Counted from the first letter of the stretch, positions 49,669 to 60,106 are shown. The stretch: DNA of 64,000 nucleotides from Candidatus Latescibacterota bacterium (GCA_965222075.1 OZ244937.1:2368001-2432000), one strand, 5' to 3'. The notes: generated by a model from the letters alone, not told the origin. Numbers and translations are program-made.

Positions 49669-51536
49669 GACGCCTGTTCCTCCCACATGCCGGCGTACAC
49701 TCCCTGAGCCGCCAGCAGCTCGTCGTGTCGGCCCTGCTCGACGATGCGGCCCTGCTGCAGCACGAGGATACGGTCGGCCATGCGCGCCGAGCCGAGTCTG
49801 TGGCTGATCAGCAGGGCGGTGCGCCCTTCGAGGAGCTCGGCGAACTGCCGGTAGAGCTCGGCCTCCGCCATGGCGTCGAGCGCCGCGGCGGGCTCGTCGA
49901 GGATGAGGAGTTCCGAATCGCGGGTGAAGGCCCGGCCAACGGCGAGGCGCTGCCATTCCCCCCCGGACAGACCCTGGCCGCCGTCCAGGATATGCCCGAC
50001 AGCGGTGTCGTAACCCTGGGGAAGCCGTTCCGCGAGAACATCGGCCCCGGACCGGCGCGCCGCCTCCGCGACCGCCGCCGGGTCGGGTCGTAGCCAGCGG
50101 GGCCACAGATCGGAGGCACGCCCTTCTTCGGTCGAGGCCAGCGCAGCGATGCCGATGGACTGCCCCAGGGTGAGCTCGAACCGGTAGTAGTCCTGGAAAG
50201 CGGCGCTCACGGCGCCGGTCAGGCTGTCCCGGTCGATCTCGGCGTAGCTGAGGCCGTCGGCCAGAATACACCCGGCCGTGGGCGGGTAGAGACCGAGGAG
50301 GATCTTGGCCAGGGTCGACTTGCCGGATCCGTTCTCGCCCACGAGGGCGACGCGCTCGCCCGGGGCCAGGTGGAAACTGACGCCTTGCAGCACGGCCCGG
50401 GCCGCCTCGCCGGAACCGGCCGCCGGGTAGGCGAAGTGGACATCGTCAACGGCGAGCCCCTGGCGCAACGGCCTGGGGAACGGCACTGCGGTTCCGGCGC
50501 CGTCCTCCTCCCGCAGGTCGAGGAATTCCCGCACGTAACCGACCTCGGCGGACTGGGCCTGCAGCTCCCTGGAGCTGTAACCAAGACTGGAGCCGGCGCG
50601 CAGCATGCCGTTGACCCCCTGAAAGAGCGCGACGAAGCGTCCGGGGGTGAGGACGCGATCGCCGAGCAGGTACGCGAGGACGCCGGCGACGGCGACCGCC
50701 ACAGCGACGCGCAGGCCGGCCACCAGCAGCCCTCCCACGACCTGACGATGGCGCTGGTCCAGCAGTCGTTCGCGCAACACCTGGCGCATCCTCCGCCAGC
50801 GTTCGGTGAGCGGCGCGTGCAGGGAGAAGAGGCGCATCTCCTTCTGTTCGTCCCGTCCGGTCAGGATGCGGTCGACGTACCCGGCCCGGCGCTCCTCCGG
50901 CGTCTCGCCGTAGGTGAAAGCCAAGAACATGCGGCTCTGCTCGATCTCCAGCCGGATCTGCGGCACCAGCACCACCAGCAGGGCCAGGGAGATCCACGGT
51001 GAGACCGGGGCGAACATGGCGGCCACAGAGACTGCTGTGATCGCCGCCTGGGAAAAGTGCATGGCGGAGAAGAACAGCCGGCAGAGCTTGCGCCCCGGAT
51101 CCCGGGCTCGCTCGAGGCGGTCGTACGTCTCGCTCACATCGAAGAACAGGAGGGGGAGCCGCGACGACCTGGCCAGAAAGCGGCGGCCCATAACGTGGGA
51201 GAGGTTCTGCTCGAGCCGCAGATGGAGGATGTCGCGGATGTTCCACAGCACTTCGTTGGTGAGCAGGAGGATCAGGCCGAAGGCGATCAGCCAGGGGAGG
51301 GCATCGCTGAAGTCTGCGGGGCCGCCGCCCGCCGCATCGACCACGGTGTCAACGAGGTTGCTGGTAACGTGGATGAGCAGGGCGGGCTGGACGCCCAGCA
51401 GGAGATGGACGGCGATGGTGCCGATCGCCGCCATCCTGGCATGGGCCCAGATGTGGCTCCAGGCCCAGCGCAGGTTGGCGGCGATCGCCGCGACGCTCGC
51501 ACGGCGGTTCCAGAACTTGAGGTCAGATCTCGGCAT
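49656..51536 (-). CDS. ABC exporter, fused permease/ATPase (heterodimer partner)
   Basis: GENGSGKS, LSGGEWQR, LDEPA, SHRL. Confidence 0.9.
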   Translation of the reverse strand: MPRSDLKFWNRRASVAAIAANLRWAWSHIWAHARMAAIGTIAVHLLLGVQPALLIHVTSNLVDTVVDAAGGGPADFSDALPWLIAFGLILLLTNEVLWNIRDILHLRLEQNLSHVMGRRFLARSSRLPLLFFDVSETYDRLERARDPGRKLCRLFFSAMHFSQAAITAVSVAAMFAPVSPWISLALLVVLVPQIRLEIEQSRMFLAFTYGETPEERRAGYVDRILTGRDEQKEMRLFSLHAPLTERWRRMRQVLRERLLDQRHRQVVGGLLVAGLRVAVAVAVAGVLAYLLGDRVLTPGRFVALFQGVNGMLRAGSSLGYSSRELQAQSAEVGYVREFLDLREEDGAGTAVPFPRPLRQGLAVDDVHFAYPAAGSGEAARAVLQGVSFHLAPGERVALVGENGSGKSTLAKILLGLYPPTAGCILADGLSYAEIDRDSLTGAVSAAFQDYYRFELTLGQSIGIAALASTEEGRASDLWPRWLRPDPAAVAEAARRSGADVLAERLPQGYDTAVGHILDGGQGLSGGEWQRLAVGRAFTRDSELLILDEPAAALDAMAEAELYRQFAELLEGRTALLISHRLGSARMADRILVLQQGRIVEQGRHDELLAAQGVYAGMWEEQASWYR

Positions 51537-51683
51537 GGGACGCTCCCTTTACCAAACTATAGTAAAGATAAGTCATCCAACGCACAAAATCAACGAAAAA
51601 TTATCTCATAAATATATGTTTATAAATAATTTATGTACTTGACTTTTTGGCGGTTTTTTGTTATATTATTATTGTGGGAAATC

Positions 51684-51725
51684 AAAGAGGGAGTTGAAGG
51701 TACACATCTTCGACTCCCTCTTTTT
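51684..51725 (+). terminator. Intrinsic terminator
   Basis: AAAGAGGGAGTTGAAG...CTTCGACTCCCTCTTTTT. Confidence 0.65.
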
Positions 51726-51947
51726 CATCTCTTGTTTTCGGCCCTCCAAACCGTCCCGGGCACCGGACCAGAGGGCAGATATCCCCTGACAAAACGTTCC
51801 TGCAACGCTCGCCGTCCCTACACGCCCGCTCACGCGTCTCGCCTCCCGCGCCTCCGGGGCGGGGGGCCGGAAGGTATCGCCGTCGTGACGGGAGACGACC
51901 TCCAGGACATGGGGGCCCAACCCCTTGAGTGGTTTGGCGTACCTGGA

Positions 51948-53144
51948 TCAGTCGAGCTCGAATCCGCGTCCCAACTCAAAGCGGATGCCCAGAACCAGAG
52001 CATTGTCGAGCGCCCGCTCAGTGCCGGGATTGATGATATACTGGATATCCGGCTGTATCTCCAACCCCTCGGTGATCCTCGCGCGATAGGTCAACTCGAT
52101 CGCTGTCTCGTGGCCTTCCGCGCCGGTAGCCGCCCGAAAATCCCCGCCGCACCGCGCCATTGCCACAGCGATTCCGATCTGATCGTCCGGCCGGCGAGGG
52201 ATGAATCCGGACAAGACCGTCCCGGCGCCGAGGTAGCTTTCGAAAGGATTAAGCGCTCCGTTGGCGGTTCCGTAGCGAACAAAGGCGGCGGCGGACCGTC
52301 CGCTGGCGGCATCCTCGTACACGCTGGCATCAGCGAATCCATACCAACCGGCATTGCCGCCGCTTCGCGCGGGATTCCCGGACGCGTCGGTCTCGATAAG
52401 CGACTCAAATTTCGCGGTATACCAGAAAGCGCCGAAGCCGAGCCGCAGACCGTTGGAGAAGTCGCGGACGTACTCAAGCGCATGCAAAACGCCCTCACCG
52501 CTGTTGAACTGGATGGCAGTGGCCGATGGATCGTCCGGATCACCCGGCACTGCGTCCAGCAGTGCATAGCGGATGAGATTGTGTTTGTCAATCTGCCAAT
52601 CCAGACGCGCGCTCAGTGATGTCACCGGAAATATCGACGGCCCGCGCTCCCCCGTCTGCGAGTACGTGGGTATGATTCCGTGTGAGCTGTTCAGGAACAA
52701 CGACGCCGAATCAACCGCGTCGAACTCGCTATTGAGATCGTAAAGTCCAAATTTCAGACGCAACACATCGGCAAAACGATGCTCGTACCAGAATTCGTAC
52801 AGGCGCAGCGCCTGTTCCGTATCGATATTGGAGACAGCTTGCGAGTCGCCCGGATATCGATCCGAAAACGTCAACGCATCATTCCAGAGAAAATAGGCGA
52901 ACAGCGAACCGCCCCTGGGCCCCAAAATCCGCCTGAGATCGAACGTGAACATCGCGTCAATATTCTGCAGATAGGCGGAGCCATGCTTGATGCCCCCGGA
53001 CGCGTTGTGAAGAAAATCGGCGACGTACCCAAATTCCGCGGCGACCGCGCCGGCATTGGCCTCTGCCCCGGCGGCCGCGGGGCTCAAGGCGGCCGAGCCG
53101 ATCAGCAACGAGCAAAAAACCACCTGGTAAAATTTGGCGTCCAT
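51948..53144 (-). CDS. OprB-family carbohydrate porin
   Basis: Signal peptide; RLYEFWYE; DLNSEFD; RPDDQIG; IQPDIQYIINPG. Confidence 0.9.
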   Translation of the reverse strand: MDAKFYQVVFCSLLIGSAALSPAAAGAEANAGAVAAEFGYVADFLHNASGGIKHGSAYLQNIDAMFTFDLRRILGPRGGSLFAYFLWNDALTFSDRYPGDSQAVSNIDTEQALRLYEFWYEHRFADVLRLKFGLYDLNSEFDAVDSASLFLNSSHGIIPTYSQTGERGPSIFPVTSLSARLDWQIDKHNLIRYALLDAVPGDPDDPSATAIQFNSGEGVLHALEYVRDFSNGLRLGFGAFWYTAKFESLIETDASGNPARSGGNAGWYGFADASVYEDAASGRSAAAFVRYGTANGALNPFESYLGAGTVLSGFIPRRPDDQIGIAVAMARCGGDFRAATGAEGHETAIELTYRARITEGLEIQPDIQYIINPGTERALDNALVLGIRFELGRGFELD

Positions 53145-53202
53145 ATCTTAGTGTGCCCACTGACCTCTTCGCGAGAATGCAGGTTATGTAGTATCCGGGT
53201 GC

Positions 53203-54120
53203 TCACTCGAACGTGAGTTCGAAAGTCTGCGAACTGTACCCGGCGAAGATCCCGTACCCGTTCTCCACATTGCTGTATATCCTCACCGGTTCGGCAAAAG
53301 GATTTTCTTGAGTGTAGTCATGAAGGAGAGCGCTCCTGAGGTGTTTGTAGTACATCTCGCTCACGTACAGAACCTGAACCCAAAGCAGACGCTCTTGACT
53401 TGCGAGTACCATGGTGCCGGCGGACGACAGTTCAATCTCATGGGTTTGACCGTCAAAGAGGGTATCTTTGAAAAAAGGCGCGGTACCGAAGAACGCTTCC
53501 ATCCCGTCGATAATGGGATCTTCAATCCTGTTGTCGGCGATGATGGAAGGGTCTCTTGTCGAGAAATGCAGGTCGTGTTTTCCAGACCGGTCAGGGGCAA
53601 TGACGCGAATCTGGTAATGGTTTTTCTCGCCGGGTGGATCCTGAATCCGGAGTCTGATCGAGAAATCGGTGATCGCCAATCCACCGGGTTCGTCAGGAGT
53701 AGGGTCGGATGCCTCAATACGATGCGATACGATGGATGTCGGTACCGGTCCGGGTACGGTGTCGGTCGCCCGGACCGTTGCAAAACCGGGGGCCGATACC
53801 CGCAATGAGTAGGACTTGCCCACTTGCAGGGGTGTTTCGCTCACATACACCCTTTCTCCCCGGAGAAACGTCAGATGGTCGATAACCTGATCCCCTGACA
53901 GCAACGCCACGGTGGCGCCGGCGACCGCCCTTTCGCCTCTGGGAAGGGACTCCAGAATCCCAATGGACCGGCCGACATAGGCGACCCACCTGCTATCCGG
54001 AGTAAAGAAGGCCTTAACCACGAGTCGGGGCGTGTGTTCGGGTAGGTCCGGATCGATGACCAACTCGCAACCGGACAATGCGAAGATGAGGATCGGGACA
54101 CTGAAGAACGCGTTTTTCAT
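53203..54120 (-). CDS. DUF4249 lipoprotein
   Basis: Lipobox LSGC; DPPGEKNHY; NPFAEP...YSNVENGYGIFAG; partner of the TonB-dependent receptor. Confidence 0.85.
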   Translation of the reverse strand: MKNAFFSVPILIFALSGCELVIDPDLPEHTPRLVVKAFFTPDSRWVAYVGRSIGILESLPRGERAVAGATVALLSGDQVIDHLTFLRGERVYVSETPLQVGKSYSLRVSAPGFATVRATDTVPGPVPTSIVSHRIEASDPTPDEPGGLAITDFSIRLRIQDPPGEKNHYQIRVIAPDRSGKHDLHFSTRDPSIIADNRIEDPIIDGMEAFFGTAPFFKDTLFDGQTHEIELSSAGTMVLASQERLLWVQVLYVSEMYYKHLRSALLHDYTQENPFAEPVRIYSNVENGYGIFAGYSSQTFELTFE

Positions 54121-54136
54121 CGGGGCTCGTCGGGCG

Positions 54137-56617
54137 TTAGAACTTGAACCGGTAACTGAGCCAGGGGAGAAGCGGGAAAAGGCTCACCTGTTTGGCGCGG
54201 TGCTCTCTGGCGTCGGTATTGGGGTTGTAGTGGTCTTCGAAATAGATAAAATAGGCATTCTTTCGATTATACGCATTGTAGACCCCCACGCTGAATCCAT
54301 GCGTGTCGCTTTGCCTCCAGGCAAAGTTGAAACTGAAATCAAAGCGGTGGAAGGCCGACATGCGGAAGCCGTTGCGGTCTTCGTAGATCTGAGTTTCACG
54401 GGGCAGGACACGGGGAATCCAGACTTCGTGTCCCCCTACTGATCTTGCCTGGTAGTCGTAGTAACGCGCGACAGGAAGGGTGATTGCATTGCCGGTTCCG
54501 TACACCCAGGTGAGCGAGAAGCTGGTGAATCGCGTCAGTTGATGGGTCAGGACGAGCGCCAGGTCGTGCCGGCGGTCGTAGCGATAGGGAAAGGTGCGTC
54601 CCCAATTCAGCTGCGCGAACCGACGCCGGGTCCAGGAAAGCGTATAACCGATCCAACCCGTGGTGCGGCCGCGCTTCTTCTGCACAAACAGTTCGGCGCC
54701 GTAGGACCACCCCCGCCCTACCTCTACCTTGTCCTGCCAGTCTTGACCACCGGCAAAGTTGACGAGAAAACTCGCGCCTTCCTGGTACTCGATCAGGTTG
54801 GTCATGGTTTTGTAGTACCCCTCCAGACTGAATTCGTACTGGCCTTTGAACAGCTCGCCCGCCAGACCCACGCCGAACTGCTGTGACCCCTGGGGGCGCA
54901 CCCGCTCGGTGGCCGGTAGCCACAGGTCGGTGGGCAGCCCCACGGTGCTGTTGGAAAGGAGGTGGGTGTACTGGCGCATCAGGGCATAGGAGGCTTTCAG
55001 GGCCCACTGCGATTTCAGCAGGTAGCGCGTTGAAACCCGGGGCTGTAAGGAGGTGTAGAACGCCTCGCCAACGAGGAAGCCGGAGGTATGCAGCCCCACG
55101 TTTGCTCTCAGTCGGTCGGTGAGGCGGACATCGTCCTCGCCGTACAGGCTGTACTCCAGCGCATCGGTGACTTGAGAGGGGGCAATGGTAGTATCCCGGG
55201 GGGTGCCGTCCGTCGGATTGAATTTGACCTGCGTCGCTCCGGGGCGATAGGTGTGGAAGGTGCCGCTGCCGCCAAAGCGGATGTAGTGGCGGAGGTTGGG
55301 GATATAGTCGAAATCCAGCTTTAAACCCCAGTCCCGGATACCCGACAGGTAGCGCAGCCGCAAGGTCTCCGTCTCCCGATGGCCGTCGATGGTGGTTGTC
55401 GTGGAGCGGTCGATGTCTGAGGAAAGCTTGTAGCGGCTGTAGACCGCGGTCAGATTGCCGAAGAGGCGGTTGCCGAAGAGGACGTTCCAGCGCAGCGTAG
55501 AAGTGAAGTTGCCCCAGCCTAAGTCTGCTGAGGTGGCATCTTCGTCGCGGAAGCTGGACCTGGTGTACTCGTCTCTAAAATCACTCCAGAAGCGATCGGC
55601 TCCGCTGTAGAGGCTCAGGAAGACGCGGCTTCGGGGCGATAGGATGTGGTTCACCTTGGCGTTGAGATCGTAGAAATAGTAGCCGCCCCGCTCGTCCGGG
55701 TCGAGGAAGGGGCGGATCAGCAGGTCGATATAGGTGCGCCGCGCCGAGACGATAAACGAAGTCCGGTCCTTTTGTATTGGCCCCTGCAGGGTCACCTGGG
55801 AAGCGACCAGTCCGATGGAGCCTTCGCATTCAAAGCTTTGCATATTGCCGTCCTTCATAGCGACCTCCAACACCGACGAGAGACGGCCGCCGTAGCGCGC
55901 CGGGAAACCGGCTTTTGTCAGCTGCACATTCTTGATGGCATTGGTGTTGAAAACCGAGAAGAAGCCGAAGAGATGCGAGGCGTTGTAAACCGGGGCGTCG
56001 TCAAGCAGGATCAGGTTCTGGTCCGGGCTGCCGCCGCGAACATAGAGGCCGCTCATGCCCTCGGCCCCGGACTGGACGCCGGGCAGGAGCTGCAAGGTCT
56101 TCATCAGATCAACTTCGCCCAGGAGGGCGGGTGCATTCTTGATCTGGCTGACCGGCACCTGCACAACCCCCATCTGGGTTTGTTCCTGGATGGGGTCCAG
56201 CCGCTCGGCCTCTACCTGTACCGTTGCCATTTCCAGAGGCAGGGGCTGGAGGGCGAAATCCAGCTGCAGGTCCTGGTCCAGGCGGGTTGCAAGGGTATCG
56301 CTCTGATAGCCGATGTAGGAGACCACAATCCGAAGTGAATCGGCAGGCAGGGTCAGGCTGAAAAAGCCGTAGCGGTTGGTCGTGGTGCCCTGCCGTAGCG
56401 TGGGTTCGTACAGGACGGCACCGATTAGCTTTTCTCCGCTGGCAGCATCTTGGACGTAGCCACTGAGTGTGTGTTTCGGATGGGATTGTGCACAAACGCC
56501 GCAGGCGAGGCCAAGGAAGAATATCAGGAAGCATCCGCCAAGAGAGGGTGGAAACGCCTCATTCCTGACAAAACCGGCAAGTGTAACGTATGACAATGTG
56601 CAATCTCTTTTTTTCAT
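54137..56617 (-). CDS. TonB-dependent receptor with N-terminal carboxypeptidase-regulatory-like domain
   Basis: LSGYVQD..SGEKLIGA, VRGGSPDQN, YGGRLSSV, C-terminal YRFKF. Confidence 0.92.
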   Translation of the reverse strand: MKKRDCTLSYVTLAGFVRNEAFPPSLGGCFLIFFLGLACGVCAQSHPKHTLSGYVQDAASGEKLIGAVLYEPTLRQGTTTNRYGFFSLTLPADSLRIVVSYIGYQSDTLATRLDQDLQLDFALQPLPLEMATVQVEAERLDPIQEQTQMGVVQVPVSQIKNAPALLGEVDLMKTLQLLPGVQSGAEGMSGLYVRGGSPDQNLILLDDAPVYNASHLFGFFSVFNTNAIKNVQLTKAGFPARYGGRLSSVLEVAMKDGNMQSFECEGSIGLVASQVTLQGPIQKDRTSFIVSARRTYIDLLIRPFLDPDERGGYYFYDLNAKVNHILSPRSRVFLSLYSGADRFWSDFRDEYTRSSFRDEDATSADLGWGNFTSTLRWNVLFGNRLFGNLTAVYSRYKLSSDIDRSTTTTIDGHRETETLRLRYLSGIRDWGLKLDFDYIPNLRHYIRFGGSGTFHTYRPGATQVKFNPTDGTPRDTTIAPSQVTDALEYSLYGEDDVRLTDRLRANVGLHTSGFLVGEAFYTSLQPRVSTRYLLKSQWALKASYALMRQYTHLLSNSTVGLPTDLWLPATERVRPQGSQQFGVGLAGELFKGQYEFSLEGYYKTMTNLIEYQEGASFLVNFAGGQDWQDKVEVGRGWSYGAELFVQKKRGRTTGWIGYTLSWTRRRFAQLNWGRTFPYRYDRRHDLALVLTHQLTRFTSFSLTWVYGTGNAITLPVARYYDYQARSVGGHEVWIPRVLPRETQIYEDRNGFRMSAFHRFDFSFNFAWRQSDTHGFSVGVYNAYNRKNAYFIYFEDHYNPNTDAREHRAKQVSLFPLLPWLSYRFKF

Positions 56618-57001
56618 AACGATAGGCTCGATCCGGCTCCGCGATCTGGTGCGTGAACCCTATGCCCGCCCTTACAAGCGGCGCGCCGTCGGTACCGGGG
56701 TGAGCAGCATCCGTAACAACATCCCGGACATGGTGGTCCTGATGTCGGATAAGGAGTTTTTTTTTACTAGGGGGGGCAAGATTTTACTTGACAGCACTTT
56801 CACCTCTACATTTCTTGAGTAGGAAAAGAAAAACCAAGATCCGAATGACAATGGATGGTGTGTGTGCGTCTGAGATTGTATTTTTTTAGTAACTCCGCGA
56901 CGGGGGAGGTACATTTCGTAGCCTCGCCACTCCGTCGGTAACCGTCACGGCTGCGTGAGTGCGCAGGCCGTGACACGTACCTTCAATATAGGGAGGTAGA
57001 A

Positions 57002-57328
57002 ATGGCAGCCAGAATTATTATTGGTCTGATCGCCCTTTTGGCGATCGTACAGGGCTTGGCGGCCGACGCCATCCCCGAGGGGATTGTGCCGCTCGCGCTG
57101 GTCATTCTGGGCTTAGCCTACGCGGCGGTGGCGATCGACGCTGAGGACGCAACCGCCTACCTGGTGGTTGTGCTTGCAGTCGGCGCTGCCGCTGGTGCGG
57201 ACGTGCTGAGCCACATCCAAGGGATTGGTGCCCCCCTGGACGCCATCCTCGACCAGGTCTGTACAGCGCTGTATGCCGGTGTCATAACCGTGCTCGTTCA
57301 GAGGACGATAAACCGCCTCAAGGGCTGA
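57002..57328 (+). CDS. Small hydrophobic membrane protein
   Basis: GGGAGG RBS; 108 aa with several hydrophobic helices. Confidence 0.7.
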   Translation: MAARIIIGLIALLAIVQGLAADAIPEGIVPLALVILGLAYAAVAIDAEDATAYLVVVLAVGAAAGADVLSHIQGIGAPLDAILDQVCTALYAGVITVLVQRTINRLKG

Positions 57329-57398
57329 AGATGACAGGTGGATGAGCGATCTGCAACCGCTGATCCGCCTGTAAAACTCACAGGTCCGTCCGCCCCAT

Positions 57399-57488
57399 CG
57401 CCGGAGTGAACAGCATTCGTAGCGACAACCCTGGCGACCCGTTCGTTAGAGCGAGACCCCGAGGGGAAAACCCGTCGGGGTCTTGCCG
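57399..57488 (+). repeat. Degenerate copy of tRNA-Asn 3' end and flank (attR-like)
   Basis: CGCCGGAG plus 66 nt aligning ungapped to 27704-27769 at 54/66 identity. Confidence 0.8.
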
Positions 57489-57617
57489 TCTCTCCGCTTC
57501 CACAAGCCTCCCGGTGCCTCGGAGGGCTCCGCTTGAGCCGGGCAGCTACGAGCGTCGGTCCGCGACCGACCTCCAGCGCCACCCGCTTCAGGCGTTCCAC
57601 ACCCGCTTCGGTTCCCA

Positions 57618-58775
57618 TCAGTCCGTCCCTCTTCTCTTGAAGCGGTTTCCAATCCTGAACAGATCTCCCAGGGGATTCTCCCTGTCTTCCAGCGCATCGG
57701 CGATCAACGGACCGATGGCGCCGCCGAACTTGAAGCCATGGCCACAGCCGCAACCGGCGATCAGCACCCGTTCGCACCCCGGGGCCCAGTCGATGACGAA
57801 CTGCTCGTCCTCCATGTCGGCCATGTTGGTGTAGAGACAGGAACGACCGCCGACCAGATCTCCGTCGCTCAGAGCGGGGATGCGTTGGGCCACGAACTCC
57901 CGCGCCCACGCCAGAAACGCGGATGTCGGTTCACGCGCGATATCAACCTCGGTGTCCTCCACCTTGCTGTCTTCGGCCACCTTCACGAACCCCTCGTGCA
58001 GGTAAGGGAACCCGTACCAGAGGTTGTCCGGTGACAGAATCGACCACACCGGAAAACGATCGCGCCGGAAGGGTGCCGGATCCTTTGGGGCGAAGAAGGC
58101 CATCTGCTGCCGCGTAATGCGCACCCGGGTCTCCATCGCCGGCAGAAGTTCGGCCACCCAGGGGCCGGCCGCCACAACCACGCGATCACAGTCTTCCGAT
58201 TCCGTGTTTGATCCGACCCTCACACCGGAATCGGTCTCTTCGACGGCCGCCACGAGCGTGTTCTCGCGAATCGTCACACCCGAGTCCCGGGCCAGCGTCG
58301 CCAGGTCGGCCAGTGCCTGACCGCTGCGCAGATACCCGGCCCAGGGGTCGTAGAACAGCCGGTCTTCGTCGCTCACGGCGAACTGCGGAAACCGCTTTCC
58401 GACCTGCTCGGCAGTCAGCTCGAAAACATCCTTTCCCAACCGACTCAACGTCTCCCAGCCGGCCAGCGCCTCGTGCTCCGGTCCGAAGTCGCGCACCGCA
58501 ATCAGCTTGCCGGTCTGGAAGTAAATCGACCGACTGGTGCGCTCGTGCCACGCCCTCCACTGCGCCGCCGCCCGCGTCACCAGCTCCACGTAGATCTCGT
58601 TCGGGTAGTTGGTGCGCCGAATCACCTTGGAAACATCCGTGCTCGACGCCTCCGGGTTGGGGATTTCGCCGCGCTCGATCAGGGTCACGTCGTGGCCGCG
58701 CTTGTGCAGCTCCAGCGCAGCCGCCATGCCGAAGATTCCGGCGCCGACGACACAGACATTCATGGAAGCGCTCAC
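57618..58775 (-). CDS. FAD-dependent oxidoreductase (sarcosine/fructosyl-amine oxidase, DAO family)
   Basis: VVGAGIFG, SSTDVSKVIR, CLYT, GHGFKFG. Confidence 0.88.
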   Translation of the reverse strand: MSASMNVCVVGAGIFGMAAALELHKRGHDVTLIERGEIPNPEASSTDVSKVIRRTNYPNEIYVELVTRAAAQWRAWHERTSRSIYFQTGKLIAVRDFGPEHEALAGWETLSRLGKDVFELTAEQVGKRFPQFAVSDEDRLFYDPWAGYLRSGQALADLATLARDSGVTIRENTLVAAVEETDSGVRVGSNTESEDCDRVVVAAGPWVAELLPAMETRVRITRQQMAFFAPKDPAPFRRDRFPVWSILSPDNLWYGFPYLHEGFVKVAEDSKVEDTEVDIAREPTSAFLAWAREFVAQRIPALSDGDLVGGRSCLYTNMADMEDEQFVIDWAPGCERVLIAGCGCGHGFKFGGAIGPLIADALEDRENPLGDLFRIGNRFKRRGTD

Positions 58776-58829
58776 AGGTATTGGGGGATGTTTTTCGTGC
58801 GCCCATCTCGATGCGGCACCGCTGATCGA

Positions 58830-59708
58830 TCACACGTCCACGCCCGACCGCAGCAGCAAATCCGGTATCATGTCAGTAAACTCATCCTGTCCGCGGTCAC
58901 CCCCATCGCGAAACCGGACGATGAGGTCTCTGACGAGCGGACTGACCTCCAGCGGTACCCCGAGTTCCGACCCGAGCTCAACCCCCAGACGCATATCCTT
59001 CACCGCCAGATCGGTGGTTGCGCCCATTCGACCGCTGTTCAGGAACAGCGAGACGGTGTGTTCAAATATCCTGCTTTGCCCCATACTCGCCTTGACCGCA
59101 TCCAGCAACAGCTGCAGATCGATCCCGGCCCTGGCACTTATCGCCACGCCCTCGCACGCACCGATGAAGTTGACGAACATAATCAGGTTGTTGATCAGCT
59201 TGATCACATTCCCGGACCCGGCCGGTCCCACGTGGACGATCTTGTTGCCGATTGTCTCCAACACCGGCCGCACCCGCTCCAGATCCTCCGCATCACCACC
59301 CACAAACAGCGTGAGCGCAGCATCCCGCGCACCAAAGATGCCACCGCTGACCGGCGCGTCGAGCACGTGCAGGCCCCGTTCCGCTCCGAGCGCGAAAATG
59401 CGGCGCACGGCGGACGGTGCGATGGTGCTGGTGTCGACGTAGGTCGATCCCTCGGCCAGACCGGCAAACATCCCGTCGTCACCCAACACGACCTTCTCGA
59501 CCGCCTCGGTGCCGGGCAGGGAGGTTAACACCACTTCGGATCGAACCGCCACCGCCTTCGCGTTTTCGGCCCAGGTCGCGCCCGCCGCCTCGAGGTCGTG
59601 GCCAGTCTGACGCCGCGTATCATGGATGGTCAAGGTGTGCCCGGCATCCAGGATATTGGCCGCCATCGGCTGCCCCATATTACCCAGACCAATGAACCCG
59701 ACTCTCAT
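58830..59708 (-). CDS. 3-hydroxyisobutyrate dehydrogenase-family oxidoreductase
   Basis: GFIGLGNMG, LDAPVSGG, KLINN, KDM. Confidence 0.9.
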   Translation of the reverse strand: MRVGFIGLGNMGQPMAANILDAGHTLTIHDTRRQTGHDLEAAGATWAENAKAVAVRSEVVLTSLPGTEAVEKVVLGDDGMFAGLAEGSTYVDTSTIAPSAVRRIFALGAERGLHVLDAPVSGGIFGARDAALTLFVGGDAEDLERVRPVLETIGNKIVHVGPAGSGNVIKLINNLIMFVNFIGACEGVAISARAGIDLQLLLDAVKASMGQSRIFEHTVSLFLNSGRMGATTDLAVKDMRLGVELGSELGVPLEVSPLVRDLIVRFRDGGDRGQDEFTDMIPDLLLRSGVDV

Positions 59709-60106
59709 GTGAATCCCTGGCGCTGTTCCTCATGGGTGTCAAATTCGGCCGGCATGGTGATTTCGATCACTTCCCAGTCATCGGAGTATTCGAGAACTTC
59801 ATGCCGGATACCGGGTGGTTGATACCACGCGTCACCCGCTTCGACCCGAATCTCGCCGATGTCCTCGAAGTAGAGGCGGGCCCACCCGTTGATCAGATAG
59901 ACCATCTGAAAATCCAGATCGTGTGAGTGATAGCCCAGCGGTCCGGTACATGGTTGATGGGCGCGGATGATGTGGGCCAGAACTTTCCCCTCCGTGGCGT
60001 CCTTGATACCCAGGTCCCGATAGGTGAAATAGGGACGCAACCCCTCCTGCGCCCAGCGGGCGTCTTTGGCGTGTGCGGCGAACGACTTGACCTTTTTCCT
60101 GGACAT
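59705..60106 (-). CDS. Cupin-domain protein
   Basis: YRDLGI, HSHDLDFQMVY, QPPGIRHE. Confidence 0.85.
   Translation of the reverse strand: MSRKKVKSFAAHAKDARWAQEGLRPYFTYRDLGIKDATEGKVLAHIIRAHQPCTGPLGYHSHDLDFQMVYLINGWARLYFEDIGEIRVEAGDAWYQPPGIRHEVLEYSDDWEVIEITMPAEFDTHEEQRQGFT

Larger units (their letters stand above)
27684..57488. mobile_element. Decayed genomic island at the tRNA-Asn 3' end (no integrase seen)
   Basis: Degenerate direct repeat of tRNA 3' end plus flank at 57399-57488; mosaic GC; many pseudogenes. Confidence 0.55.

Noticed and set aside
49669-50271. Arg/Pro-rich N-terminal extension of the 806-aa ABC ORF
   Set aside because: Out-of-frame overlap with the upstream ABC gene; GTG 49668 has an RBS
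57340-57410. Functional second tRNA
   Set aside because: No intact cloverleaf, TTC loop or CCA end; only a degenerate 3' remnant
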